From NCBI RefSeq assembly GCF_009914755.1, contig NC_060947.1: 64,000 nt of DNA; one strand, given 5' to 3'. The position numbers and the translations under genes are program-made. The notes under the pieces were generated by a model. The model was not told the DNA's origin, searched no databases, and saw nothing but the letters and a program-made list of their open reading frames with translations. Below, in pieces: positions 43,708 through 56,062 of the stretch. Every line of letters starts with the position of its first letter. Position 1 is the stretch's first letter. This stretch comes from the human T2T-CHM13v2.0 reference genome, Homo sapiens.

Positions 43708-46700
43708 CCCTCTAGTAAAGTGTTTCTCAACCAGAAATTGGTACTTTGAATAGAACAAGTTTCCACTGTACACGACTGACCCATACATCATGCCGTATTT
43801 AGTATTCTACATACAGTGAATAGTGGTGGCATTCTAGAGTAATGGCAAAAAGCATCTCAAATTTAAGGATATTTGGTGGGGACTTAAGAAAAGTAATTTA
43901 ATCTTAAAAAATCACATTTGCCTAGCATTTTACATTTTGAAGCACTTTAGAGGGATTTTTCTTATTAAGTGACACATAACCGTTTTGTTAGAGGTAGAAC
44001 AAATATTATTGTTCTTTTTTCACAAAAATGACCTAGTTAAGTTCTGACAGCTAGTTAGTGACAGGACAGAACAAGGACTTAATCAAAGTTATTTCATCCC
44101 CATTATTTTGTTTTTTTGTTCAGAAAATGTCCTTCTAGTCTAAACATATACATAAGGAAGAGAGTAAATTGCCACAAAAACATAACATTACAAAAACTAT
44201 GAAGCAATTTTAGAATTCCTGAGTGGGAGTAGAAAGGAAATTACAATGTAGTAAATTTCATTGTATTCTGCATTTATGAGATTTTGGAATGTTTCCAAAA
44301 TCTATATTATTCTGGCAACATCCTTAACAACTTGGAATCAATGGTAAATTATGTAAATATGATTGAATCATCAGTAAATTGCAACTTGATCAGATATAGC
44401 TGTGTGGTAATACGAGTATAACTGTTAACTACCCTGACTATATTTTATTATATACCCAAGAGCCAAGATTCTCACATATGTTGCATTTTTTCAATCATTT
44501 TGTTAGAGGATTGATGTTAAATCATACCTCTTCCCTTTTTTTTTCTTTTTTTTAAAGGAAGTCTACCTATGTGGCATAATGAGACCTACTCACTCATTCA
44601 GCTCAATGTTCTACTGACATCTGAATAATAGTATGCCTTCTCTGTTACATTTATTAACTAAAATTGGGAGCTATATCTGAAAATTATTTTTGTATGCAGT
44701 GCTCACACACCATCTGACACTGAGTTATTGACTTCAAAATAATGGATTTGGGGGGCAAGAGTAGAGGAAGTATTTGTGAACTGACTTAATGCTACTTGGT
44801 CATGTATAGGTTCTTTCTGGTAGTTAAAATTAGCCACTAAATATTTCAATTGGAGGGGATTATTACATTAACAAATCTTAGATCAGACTTTTACAAACAT
44901 GGCAACTACAAACAGGGGCATTTATTAACAAACTATTTTTAGTTATATAAAAGAAACAATTCCCACAATCTGTTTTTTACTTGGAAAATTTTCAATTACA
45001 CTGGATTTTAAGTACTCTTACTATTATTTGTTGTAAGAGGTTATTTTGAGACAAATGCCAAGATTTTTTAGAATGAATTCTATTAACCATATCGATATCA
45101 ACCAACTATGGCAACAGTTCACAGCTGGCCATAAGCAACTTAGGCTACAGTGTCATTCCTAAGGATGTAATACTTAGGGATTTTTATGTCTTGTTCCATG
45201 CAAAAGTAAGGCATGTCTTAAAATATTTTAGCTGAACATCTTATCATGAATAACTTTAATTTCACAAATAAGATAACATTTATTATGCTACTATCACATA
45301 TTACCATTTATTATTGTACATCAAAAAATTTATATTTGACATCCATCATGCTAATGAGCAAAGCATCATTACTGATTGAGATGTATGGAGACATCAATAT
45401 CAGAAGGCATGCTTATAGTCATTTCCAGTGTATGTTTCTTTTTCATGTAATGTTTGTGGAGCATTGCTCAACTGGACATACTTGGTTAATATATTAGCTG
45501 AGCACTCTGAATTGTGCTTTCTTAATGTTGGCTTTACCAAAACAATATATACACAAAGTATCACACTTTATGTACCAATATATTTTTTTAACCTTCCAGG
45601 GTTTGTAACAAGTGTCAAAACTATTTTAAATTGAAGGCCGTTCCACTTGTGCTACATTTCAGAAGATATTTAGAGAACATATCTCCCCACAGAAGCCCAG
45701 AAAGGTTGAATTTTTTTATATAATAGCAACAGTTATTCATAGAAAAGTAAAGAAGCAGAATCTGGGACTGCACAAATTTATACAAAAGCAAATAAGAAAA
45801 TAAGTATCTATAGAAATATGAATACAATTGATAAAATATATTGCTGCATACCTAGATAATAAACACTCTTACAATTTTTATATCAGAGCTTATGAAAGAA
45901 CCTGTAACTATGTGGACCAGTATGAAAAATAGATAAAAATAGTTATACAGAAGCAAATGTGAAGGAACACAAAGTTTACTGAACAAGATAGCATAGAATA
46001 GAGGACAGTCACTAATCAAAACAACCTAAAATGTTCACTAATATCAAATGAGGAGAGATTTATATCTAATATCAGAATCTCACAATGGTAATCTATATAT
46101 TATTTGACTCTATGTGTGTAATTATATATATATATTTAATATGTATATAAGAACATGTATGCAGACAACTATAATTTAGTAAACTTGAAAATCCATTTCA
46201 TAGGTAATTTAATTATTATTCTAATTTTAGTATTTATAAATACTAGTATGTGTAAATGCCATTTTCCTCATCAATCCTATTCTTAATGACTCTCCAGTTA
46301 TTTGTATGTTGCTACCTTCATTTCCTAAAACCAATGACAAAAGAAGTTTTGAGAATCAATAGCCCTTCTTCTAAATATCAATGGTGATGATGTTATCTTT
46401 CCATAGGTCGATGAGGATGTTGATGATAAGCACTTCTCTGATGATATTGAGTATCCCTCTACATATTCCATAAAAATGCCAGGTAAACTAGTTGGCCTCC
46501 TTCTACATGATTTTCTCGGACAGGCAGAATCTCCTTGGTACCCCCACCATCAACTTGAGTATAGGTGCCAAGTACCCTGACAAGCTGGTTGGTACCAGCT
46601 TCTCATCTCTTTCCCATCATCTGTAATTTCCTCTTTCCATTACTGTCAGGTGGATTCCCTTAAGTGTCCAGGGTTACAACTGTCATTCCCATTCATCATA

Positions 46701-48549
46701 AACCTGAACATAAGAAGCTAAGCATATTAATTTGATCCTTATGTATGCTATTTTATTTCTCTTCCTTCTGACCCACCCCCCTCATTATTTTGCTGAAGCT
46801 TCTTAATAACCCCAGCCATGCTAGACCTTCTCTCTAATCTTTCCTTATATGCTGTATAATGATGGTGTCATATCTTAAAAGCTGCTAGGAAGAAACATGA
46901 ATAGGCTTTAAGTAGTGATATCTGAACTTAGTAAACCACAATAACATTAGTAGCCACCAATTTTTTCCCTGAAGGCATAAAATAGAAAAGCAAGTTTCAT
47001 TAAATAAAATTTGAGCAAGTGACACTTTGAAGATAACTGAGGTTAATTAGATCTATTTATTTGGTGATACTGAGCAGCTTCTAAAGGAAATCAGAAATGC
47101 ATTAGCAAGTCAATAGACATTATGATTATTTTAGAGATTTAAAGATCAGAGTCTTGGCCAGTTTTAAGGTCTTAATATATCAGCTGTACATTATGTGTTT
47201 TGCATTATATTCTTTCCTTACTTTGCTCTATTTTAAATTGATTTTCTATTAAAGAAAATTATCTCTTATAGATAATTAAAGGAAGTAATAGCAAAACCCA
47301 TAACTCACCAAATAAAAGTGACACATGAAAATATTAGCATCATGAATTGATTTAAGGGAATAAAAAATTAACAATGCAGTTGAAGTCACTTAATTATCTT
47401 TCTTCAAGCCACTCCCATCCTTCTTATACTACCAGAGAAAACCATCACCACACAATTGGTATAAATTTTTTACATCGACCTTTTTATACTTTAATCATAT
47501 ACGCGTATGACCCACATGAATTTCTGTAAGATTGAACAGAACCAAATCAAAAATAGCCCTTTGTATTTAACCTCTAGAAATTGACTAAAACCAGAAGTTA
47601 ATATGGACTATTTTTTTGTGGATTGTACATCTTATATAAATTATCAAGCAATTCTTTTTAATGTTTTTAGGCTATCCACACTGATACATACAGATTTATG
47701 TTTACATCTTGATTTTACCATATTTTATAAATGTACTTACATTTTTCATTCATGTTGATGTTAACTTAGAATATTTCCCAATTTTTGCTATTACAAATGA
47801 TGCTACAGTGAAGATTCCTATTCATCTCTCTTTATACATTAATAAATAATTATTTTTATAATATACAATCAGAAATGCTAATGCCAAGTTATAATCCAAA
47901 ATGGATGCAACACATTTATAGTCCTATTAAAAGAATATAAAAGTCTCTGCCTCCCCCATATCCTTGCCCACAACCGGTATTGCCAAATTTTTTACTTTGG
48001 ATTACATTTCCCTAATTACTTGTAAGGAAGTGGGGACTCAATTCCTCCTCTTCACTTTTTGAAAAAGGTTGTAAATGAGTCATGTTCTCTTAGGACTCCT
48101 TGTTTGTAGCTATAATTTTTGAGAGTATGATAAGTCTTGAATGTGTAGGAGAAGAATTTAGTGGAATAACTTTTCCAAATGGTAGAAGAAAGAAAGCTTC
48201 CAAGCAGATTGATATGTTGTTTGATTAAAGGCCCTGATTAATGAGACTGATGATTTTTGAGGGGTAGACATATGAACATAGGAGTCACTCCTTTCTAAAA
48301 TGGTAGAGTAACTTCTACTTATCAAATTAATGCAGAAGAATTTCTTTAAATTTGAGAGAATCTCAAAGAGAGCAGAGTTCTATAAGTTTGAACTTCAAAT
48401 ATCCAAAATAATAATGTCTTTTTTCCTAAAAACATAACTAAAAAGCAGTATTTAATTCATTCATAAGTTTTGTGCGGTAATAGTTAGCAGATACAAGTTT
48501 ATAAGAATTTAGGCCATTAGTATAGACCTTATCAGGAATAAAAATTATC

Positions 48550-48775
48550 ATCATAACTTACGCATCCAGTGTCTGTAAAATTTCAGGTAGTTTATTCATT
48601 TATTCCTCACAGCAACACTAGGAGTTAGGTCCTATTATTATCTCTGATTTTATAGATGAAGAAATTGAGACAGTTTTCCTGTCTAGGTAACAGAGTTAGT
48701 TTGTAACACAGCTGGAATTTAAGCCCAAGCAGTTAGATTGCAAAGTTCTTGTTCCTAAACCCCTTGCTGTACTGT
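48550..48775 (-). mobile_element. MIR
   Basis: 'ttcctcacagcaacactaggagttagg...ttttatagatgaagaaattgagac...ctggaatttaagcccaagcag'. Confidence 0.75.
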
Positions 48776-48939
48776 CAGCCCCTTCAAGGAGCTTCATTCA
48801 TGATATCTTTGTTTCTTATGCTGATTCTTTTTCAAGATAGTTTGATACGTTCATGGAGAATATATTCAGGCATTTTTAAGTCTATCATGTTGGCAAAGGT
48901 GATATTAATGACACAAAAATCTAATATTGATTCCAAAAG

Positions 48940-49358
48940 GATATCAAATAGAATGGATAGAGAGATATGGTGCATACACAATTCAATACAAATCAGCCTT
49001 TTTTAAAAAAGAAAATACTGCAGTGTGCAAAAACATGGATATACCTTGAGGATAATAAGCTAAGTTTAATAAGCCAGTCACAGAAATAAAAATATGGAAT
49101 GATTCAATTTGTATGAGGTTTCTAAAATATTCAAAGCAAAGAGTGAAATGTTGCCAAGGACTGGGGGAAGGGGGAAATGGGAAGGTACGTAATTATGAAC
49201 AGGCAAAAAGTGTTAGTTAAGCAAGATTTATAAGCTCTAGAGATCTGGTATACAAGATTGTACCTAGAGTTGATACTAATGCATTATACACTTCAAAAAT
49301 TGCTAAGACGCTGGATCTAATGTTAAATATTCTAACCACAGTCACATCAAATAAAAAA
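48940..49358 (+). mobile_element. L1MA10/L1MB-like 3' end
   Basis: 'aataagccagtcacagaaa...aagctctagagatctggtatacaa'. Confidence 0.72.
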
Positions 49359-49997
49359 GGTTAGCATAAAAGAGACCTACTGAGGAAATGAACAGCATAG
49401 CCTAGTGGAGAGAAAAGGGAAAATTCCAGTTATTGAAATTACATATTCTTTTTTTTGTAAACACTGAAATCATTTAATTTGTGGGATAAGGTGGAAGGTG
49501 CTTAATCACACTCTAAAATTTTATGTATGGCTGAAATGTTTTCCCCATTCTCATCACTGTTGTCAAGAAAAATTTATAAAATTGTTTCATAATTCCCAAA
49601 ATTTTATTATGCACACTTTCAAACTGAAATTGTTACCTTTGAAATCTCTATTAAAATATGACACAATTCCTCTGAGGAAACTCTTATGGATCTGGAATAT
49701 AATTAAATTTGTATGCTCCTAACTGGATTCAATTCATTAAACTTATACTTTTTTCAGTACCCCCAACTCATGCAATGCTATTTAGGCGAAGCGAATTTTT
49801 ATCCTACTGGCTAACACATTAAGGATACTACACATACTTCTGTATGCAAGTTCACAAAAACAAAAAAAGGATGCTGTGTTTAACAGTTCAAAATTAGTCT
49901 CTCAACATACACACAAAAGTAGATAATCTCTTCTGTATTGTCTCCTAATATACAATTCTGTCTATACAACTTTCCTTTCATTTTCCAGCCCTCTTTT

Positions 49998-50001
<4 letters not shown>

Positions 50002-50040
<39 letters not shown>
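50002..50040. repeat. (AC)19 microsatellite
   Basis: Perfect dinucleotide run. Confidence 0.98.
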
Positions 50041-50043
<3 letters not shown>

Positions 50044-50182
50044 CATCCGCACTATCTCTCTGCGGTCATTCTTCTGACAAATTCATCAAAACTCTAGTAA
50101 AGTTTTGTTTCTAATATCAGTGTCTGGGAAAACTAGGTTAGCATTACCTTTTTGAGGAATTAATGGTGAGATGTTTTATTTT

Positions 50183-50300
50183 TTCAGTCAATCAGTAGGC
50201 ACTTAATGAGTCCTACTTTGTGACAGGAACTGTGCTATGTGCTGAAGATGCAAATATAAATAAGATATGATTCCTGCCTTCAGATAACTTATGACTTGAG
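50183..50300 (-). mobile_element. L2 3'-end fragment
   Basis: 'agtcaatcagtaggcacttaatgagtcctactttgtgacaggaactgtgcta'. Confidence 0.65.
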
Positions 50301-51645
50301 GAGTTTTTCCAGAAATATTAATAGTCAAATCACTTATTTTTGTCTATAATGTAGAACGTAAATGTTTATAAATATCCCAAAATGATCAGTGACTCTTCCA
50401 TGAATTCACACATTTTCAATTGTAAAACTTCAACTGATCTATTGAGTAGTTTATTAAAAAAACCTCCTCAAATTCTATATCTTATATGATAACTAGTTCA
50501 TCCTATCTGAAAGAGAATTTAAAGGTACTTTACATTTGATCTAGAGTTCCAAAACATCTTGAATTTATAGATTTAAATTAGTCAGTGATAATGAAAACAC
50601 AAAATAATAGATCATACGGGTCACAAATTATGACATAGCTGTACCATATGTTGTAATATGTTTTTTATGAAACTTAATTGCCTAATATTTAATAAGAAAT
50701 TACTTCATCTTAGCATTTTTGAAACTGTCCTACTATGTAACCAAAATTCATGGATTTGGTATTATTAAGTGGTATATTGAACTTTATAACTTACTTACAT
50801 TTAGATTTTTAAAGTGGCTGAATTCTTACTATTCACCAACAACTGCACTAGGCACTTTGATAAATATTACCACCTCTAAAACTATTAATCATCTTCTAAG
50901 TTAGGGAGAATATTTTATATGTGATTCAATTGAAGCTGAGAGAAAGGTAAATTCATTTGCACAATTTCACAGTGCTTGCAAATGGTAATATGCAGTTTCA
51001 AACTTAAGCATGCTCTTCTTTATCTACATCAAATGTGCTATATCTGCAGTCATTTTTAGCAGGCTAAATGGTTTAACTTCCATAATGCCTCCAGTTTGTA
51101 GTAGTCAAATCATTTCCTGGGTAGAGGTACAATTTATGCTACACTGCAGAAATAGTTCAGAAATATTTTATGGCAAAATTCTAAAGATATATTCAATGCT
51201 TGGGGTGGTACAGAAAGGAGTGATTTTAGCTAAAATAAAATGCATTTTTTTCGTGGAAGGAAGAATCCACAAAAATTGACCTGCTTAAAAGCTTTGTAAG
51301 TTTGTATGTTTGTACATGGAGTTTTTAAAATGTGAAATGGAACAGCATGTGACCTTCTAAAGGTAATAACTAATGCCAAAATTCAATAGATTTATTATTC
51401 ATACTAAAAGTGTTTTAATGATAATAAACCAGTTACAATGTCATCAGCAAGCAAAATTATTTTCTCCTTTAGTCAGTCATCTTTTATAAATTTGTACCTA
51501 TAATTATTTTGTCATACATTGTCAACTACTTTTGATACCTCAAATATAAATGGAACTATTCTGTAAATAAATGTACAATAGACTATGATTATTCTTTTCA
51601 TGATTTTTAAAAAATCACTCTGATTACCTTAACAATAGTTTCATT

Positions 51646-52233
51646 AAAAAATAGAATAAGACCTACTATTTGATAGCACAATAGGGTGACTATAGTGAAT
51701 AATAGCTTAATTGTACATTTTATTTTTATTTCTTTTTATTTTATTTTTTTCTTTTGAGACAGAGTCTTGGTCTGTTGCCCAGGCTGGAGTGCAGTGGTGC
51801 AATCTCGGCTCACTGCAACCTCCGCCTCCTGGGTTCAAGCCATTCTCCCTGCCTCAGCCTCCCGAGTAGCTGGGATTACAGGCACCCACCACAATGCCCA
51901 GCTAATTTTTGTATCTTTAGTAGAGATGGGGTTTTGCCATGATGGCCAAGCTAGTCTTGAACTCCTGACCTCAGGTGATCTGCAGGCCTTGGCCTCCCAA
52001 AGTTCTGGCATTACAGGCATGAGCCACAGTGCCGGGCCAATTGTACATTTTAAATAAGATTATAATTGCATTGTTTGTAGCTCAAAGAATACATGCTTGA
52101 GGAGTTGGATATCCCATTCTCAATGATGTGATTATTTCACATTGCATGCCTGTATCAAAACATCTCCTGTACCCCATAAATATATGTACCTACTATGTAC
52201 CCACAAAAAATTTTAAAAATTAAAGGAAAAAAA
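51646..52233 (+). mobile_element. Short L1MA1/2 3' end split by an Alu
   Basis: 'gaataagacctactatttgatagcacaatagggtgactatag'...'tactatgtacccacaaaaa'. Confidence 0.85.
51722..52038 (-). mobile_element. AluS (Sx/Sq-like)
   Basis: Reverse Alu. Perfect TSD aattgtacatttt (51709-51721 / 52039-52051). Confidence 0.95.
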
Positions 52234-52780
52234 GTTGGCACGTGTTAATATTGTATTCTTTCAAGCACCTTTGAATGTGATCAATGTTAATAAGATTGTT
52301 GTAACATTTCCCTTGCGATCATAATGAGTAATTCGAGCTGTTTATAGAATCAGTCTTTCTGTGCATCTCGATAGTTAAGAATAGTACCATATAAAAATTT
52401 CTTTGTACTATTATATTAATGATGCTTTAATATGCAGATTAACAGCACAATATACAATCAATTCAAATTTGGAGCCAAAATATGTATTATGTTTTTAAAA
52501 AGGAAAAACATGCATTTCTCAAAATTTCAGGCTAAATATTAATGAGGTAGGAGTCATTAAAATAATGAGCAACTGAAATGCATCGAAAATGCTATGAAAT
52601 GCAAAAGATCCAATAAACGATTCCATTTTATTTTCATTACTAGTAAAAGACTTCTTCTGATTTAAATTCACCTATCTTCAAGACAACATTTAGACTTGGA
52701 AACTTACACTGTCAAAGCTGAAAGCGTTTCTCTTCTCTGTATAACAGTCCACATAATAGTTTAGTGTTCAAGGAAAATGT

Positions 52781-53002
52781 CAGGGGTGTTCAATCTTGTG
52801 CCTTCCCTGAATGACATTGGAAGAAGAATAATTGTCTTCGGCCACACATAAAATACACAAATATTAACAATAGCTGATGAGTTTTTTAAAATTACAAAAG
52901 AATTTCATAATCTTTTAAGAAAGTTTACTAGTTTGTGTTGGGCTGCTTTCAAAGCCGTCCTGGTCTGCATGCGGCCCGCAGGTGGCAGATTGGGCAAGCT
53001 TG
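52781..53002 (+). mobile_element. MER30 (hAT-Charlie non-autonomous DNA transposon)
   Basis: 'caggggtgttcaatctt...ggaagaagaataattgtcttcggccacacataaaatacac...ttgggcaagcttg'. Confidence 0.85.
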
Positions 53003-53437
53003 ATTTAGACCATTCCCAGTTACAGAACATTCAGAAAACTCACTGCAATATTCATGCCAAAACCAGAAGATGTATGTATTAATAGAAGCTGGGAAGACTC
53101 TGCTTCTCTGACAATTTGACAACTGATATTTAAAAGTGTTTAAACATAAGGAAAATTTTCAGATTCATTTTCAAAAATGTTTTAATTACGGGTAGTATAA
53201 GAGCTGAGATTTTCTCCTATAGCAAAAAACAAAATGTTTTTATCAACTAGAAGGGTGCGATAATGGAACTACTTTTCATAATTTAAGCTGCTTTTTCTTA
53301 TGAAATGCCAGAAGAGCTTTGTCTCTGTGATTTTAAATTGTATGAAATGTAATTTTTTTTAAGAGGTAGATAATACATCACCAATCTTAGTATATTTTTA
53401 ATTAACTTGAAATTTAAAACTCCTCAAATTTTAAACT

Positions 53438-54552
53438 ACTTTATTTAGGTATGATTGATATGTAAACAGCCATACATACTTAATGGATATAATTCAATGA
53501 AGTGGAGGATATGTATAACCCCATGAAGTCATTACCACTATCAAGGCCATAGACATATTTGGCATTACTCCTAGTACTAAAAATCGTAGCCAGAACAACC
53601 TCTGAAAGCTTTCTCCTGCACCCTTTGTTATTTATTTCAGAGTAATAACATTTAGCGTAAATTTTAAGTATAATACAGTATTATTAACTATAGGTACTAA
53701 ACCATAGATCTCTCGAAAAGATTTATCTTACATAACTGAAATTTTGTACCCTTTAGCAAACATTTCCCCATCTCCTCCTTCCTCCAGCACCTGGCAATCA
53801 CCATTCTACTCTGCTTTTATGATCTTGACTATTTCGATTCCACATCTGAGATCATGCACTATTTGCCTTTTTGCATCTGGCCCATTTCACTTAGCATGTT
53901 TTCAAGGTTCATCTTCATTGCTACATATTGCAATATTTTTTTCAGGCTGAGTGATAATTCCATTGAATGTATATACCACATTTTCTATATGCATTCATCC
54001 ACCAATTGACATTTATGTTGTTTTCATAACTTAGCTATTGTAAATAATGATGTAATAAACATGGGAATGCAAATATCTATTCAAGATTCTAATTTAAATT
54101 ATTTTGGATATATACTCAGTAGTGGAATTGCTGTATCACATAGTAGTTTTAATTTTAATTTTATGAGGGAGCCCTATACTGTTTTCCATAATGTCTGTAC
54201 CAATTAAATCTCTGCAAACAGTTTACAAAAGCTTTCTTTTTTCCACATTCTCACCAATACTTTTTTTTTTTTTTTTTGAGACGGAGTCTCGCTCTGTCAC
54301 CCAGGCAGTGGTGTGATCTCAGCTCACTGCAACCTCCGCCTCCTGGGTTCAAGGATTCTCCGGCCTCAGTCTCCCAAGTAGCTGGGATTACAGGCATGTG
54401 CCACCATGCCCAACTATTTCTTTTTTATTTTTAGTAGAGATGGGGCTGGCCAGGCTGGCCTCGAACTCCTGACCTCAGATGATCCACCTGCCTCGTCCTC
54501 CCAAAGTGCTGGGATTACAGGCATGAGCCACTGCACCCAGCCACCAACACTT
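53438..54552 (-). mobile_element. L1MA/L1MB 3' portion with an Alu near its end
   Basis: 'actgaaattttgtaccctttagcaaacatttcccc', 'tttggatatatactcagtagtggaattgctg'. Confidence 0.75.
54261..54542 (-). mobile_element. AluSx-like with two small internal deletions
   Basis: TSD accaatactt / accaacactt. 'ccaggcagtgg' and 'gatggggctggcc' lack ~8-11 nt each relative to consensus. Confidence 0.93.
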
Positions 54553-54567
54553 AACATTTTAAAAATC

Positions 54568-55860
54568 TTTTTCCCAACTTTCTTGACATGTAACTGACAA
54601 ATACAAATTACATATATTTAAAATGTAAAATGTAATCCTTTGATATATGCATACAATACAAAGTGATTACAAAATTAACATATACATCATATTATGTAGT
54701 TAGCATTTTTTGCGGTGAGAACACTGAACATCTACTTTTTAATTAATTTCAAATATACAATATATTTGCGTTAACTGTAGTTTCTATGTTGTGTATTAGA
54801 TCTTCAGAATTACTCAACTTAAGATTTCAAACATTTTGACCAAAATGTTCTCATTTTTCTCACTCCTCAGCCCCTGGCAACCACCTTTCTGCCATGTTTC
54901 TATGAGTTCAATTTCAAATTCCATATAAAAGTGAGATCATGCAGTGTTTGTCTTTTTGTGTTTGAGTTATCTCATTTAACATAACATCCTCTAGTTTCAT
55001 CCATGGTTTGGCAAATGACAAGGTTTTTTCTTCTATAAGGCTGAATAATATTTCATTGTATATTTCATTGTATATATATATTTCATGTATATGTATACAT
55101 GTATTTATGTATACATGTATATATGTATTTCATATATATATTTCATGTATATGTATACATATATATACATATATATGTATATAATATTTCATTGTATATA
55201 TATATATATCATTTTCTTTATCCATTCATCCATTACCACTTAGGTTGTTTCCCTATTTTAACTATTGTAAACAATGCTACAATAAACATAGGAGTGCAGA
55301 TACCTTTTTCACATACAGATTGCAATTTCCTTAAATATATATTTATTTTAAGTTTTTGAGGATCCTCTATACTGTTTTCCAAAATAACTGTACCAGTTTA
55401 CAATCCCATCAGAATACAAGTTCTCACTTTTCTCTACATCCCTGCCAACACTTGTCACTATTTGACTGTTTGATACTAGATGTGAGGTTATATTCCATTG
55501 TAATTTTGATTTTTCTAGCGATTAATGATGCTGCTTGATTGAGCACCTTTTCATATCCATACAATATACAATGACCTGTTGGCCATTTGTATGTTTTCTT
55601 TAGCTCACTGTCTACTCAGATTCTTTGCCTATTTTTTAATCAGCTGATTTTTTTTGCTATTTAATTATAGATGTTTCTCTTATATTTTGAATATCAATCC
55701 CTTGTCAGATATATGATTTGAAAATACTTTCTCCCATTTAGTTGCTTGACCTTTCATTTTGTTGAATGTTTCCTTTACTGTGCAAAATTTTTTAGTTTGA
55801 TGTAATACCATTTGTTTATGTTTGCTTTTGTTGTCTGTGCTTTTGGAATTACATTCAATC
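54568..55860 (-). mobile_element. L1MA (L1MA8/9-like) 3' portion containing a TA-rich expansion at 55050-55210
   Basis: 'ttttcccaactttcttgacatgtaactgacaaatacaaatt', with ORF2 antisense up to 'gttgtctgtgcttttgga'. Confidence 0.78.
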
Positions 55861-56062
55861 ATAAAAAGCTGAAAGCATTTTCTCTAAATCAGGAACAACG
55901 CAAGGATGTCTATGCTCTCCAATTCAATTGAACATAGAACTAAAAGTCCTAGCCAGAAAAATTATATGAGAAATAGAAATAAAAGGTTTCCAAATTAAAA
56001 CAGAAAAAGTTAAATTGCCCTGTTTTCAGATGACATAACTTTTACAGGTCAAGAAACATGAA
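55861..56062 (+). mobile_element. Sense L1 ORF2 (RT) fragment abutting the antisense L1MA
   Basis: 'aaagctgaaagcattttctctaaatcaggaacaacgcaaggatg...ttcagatgacat'. Confidence 0.75.
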
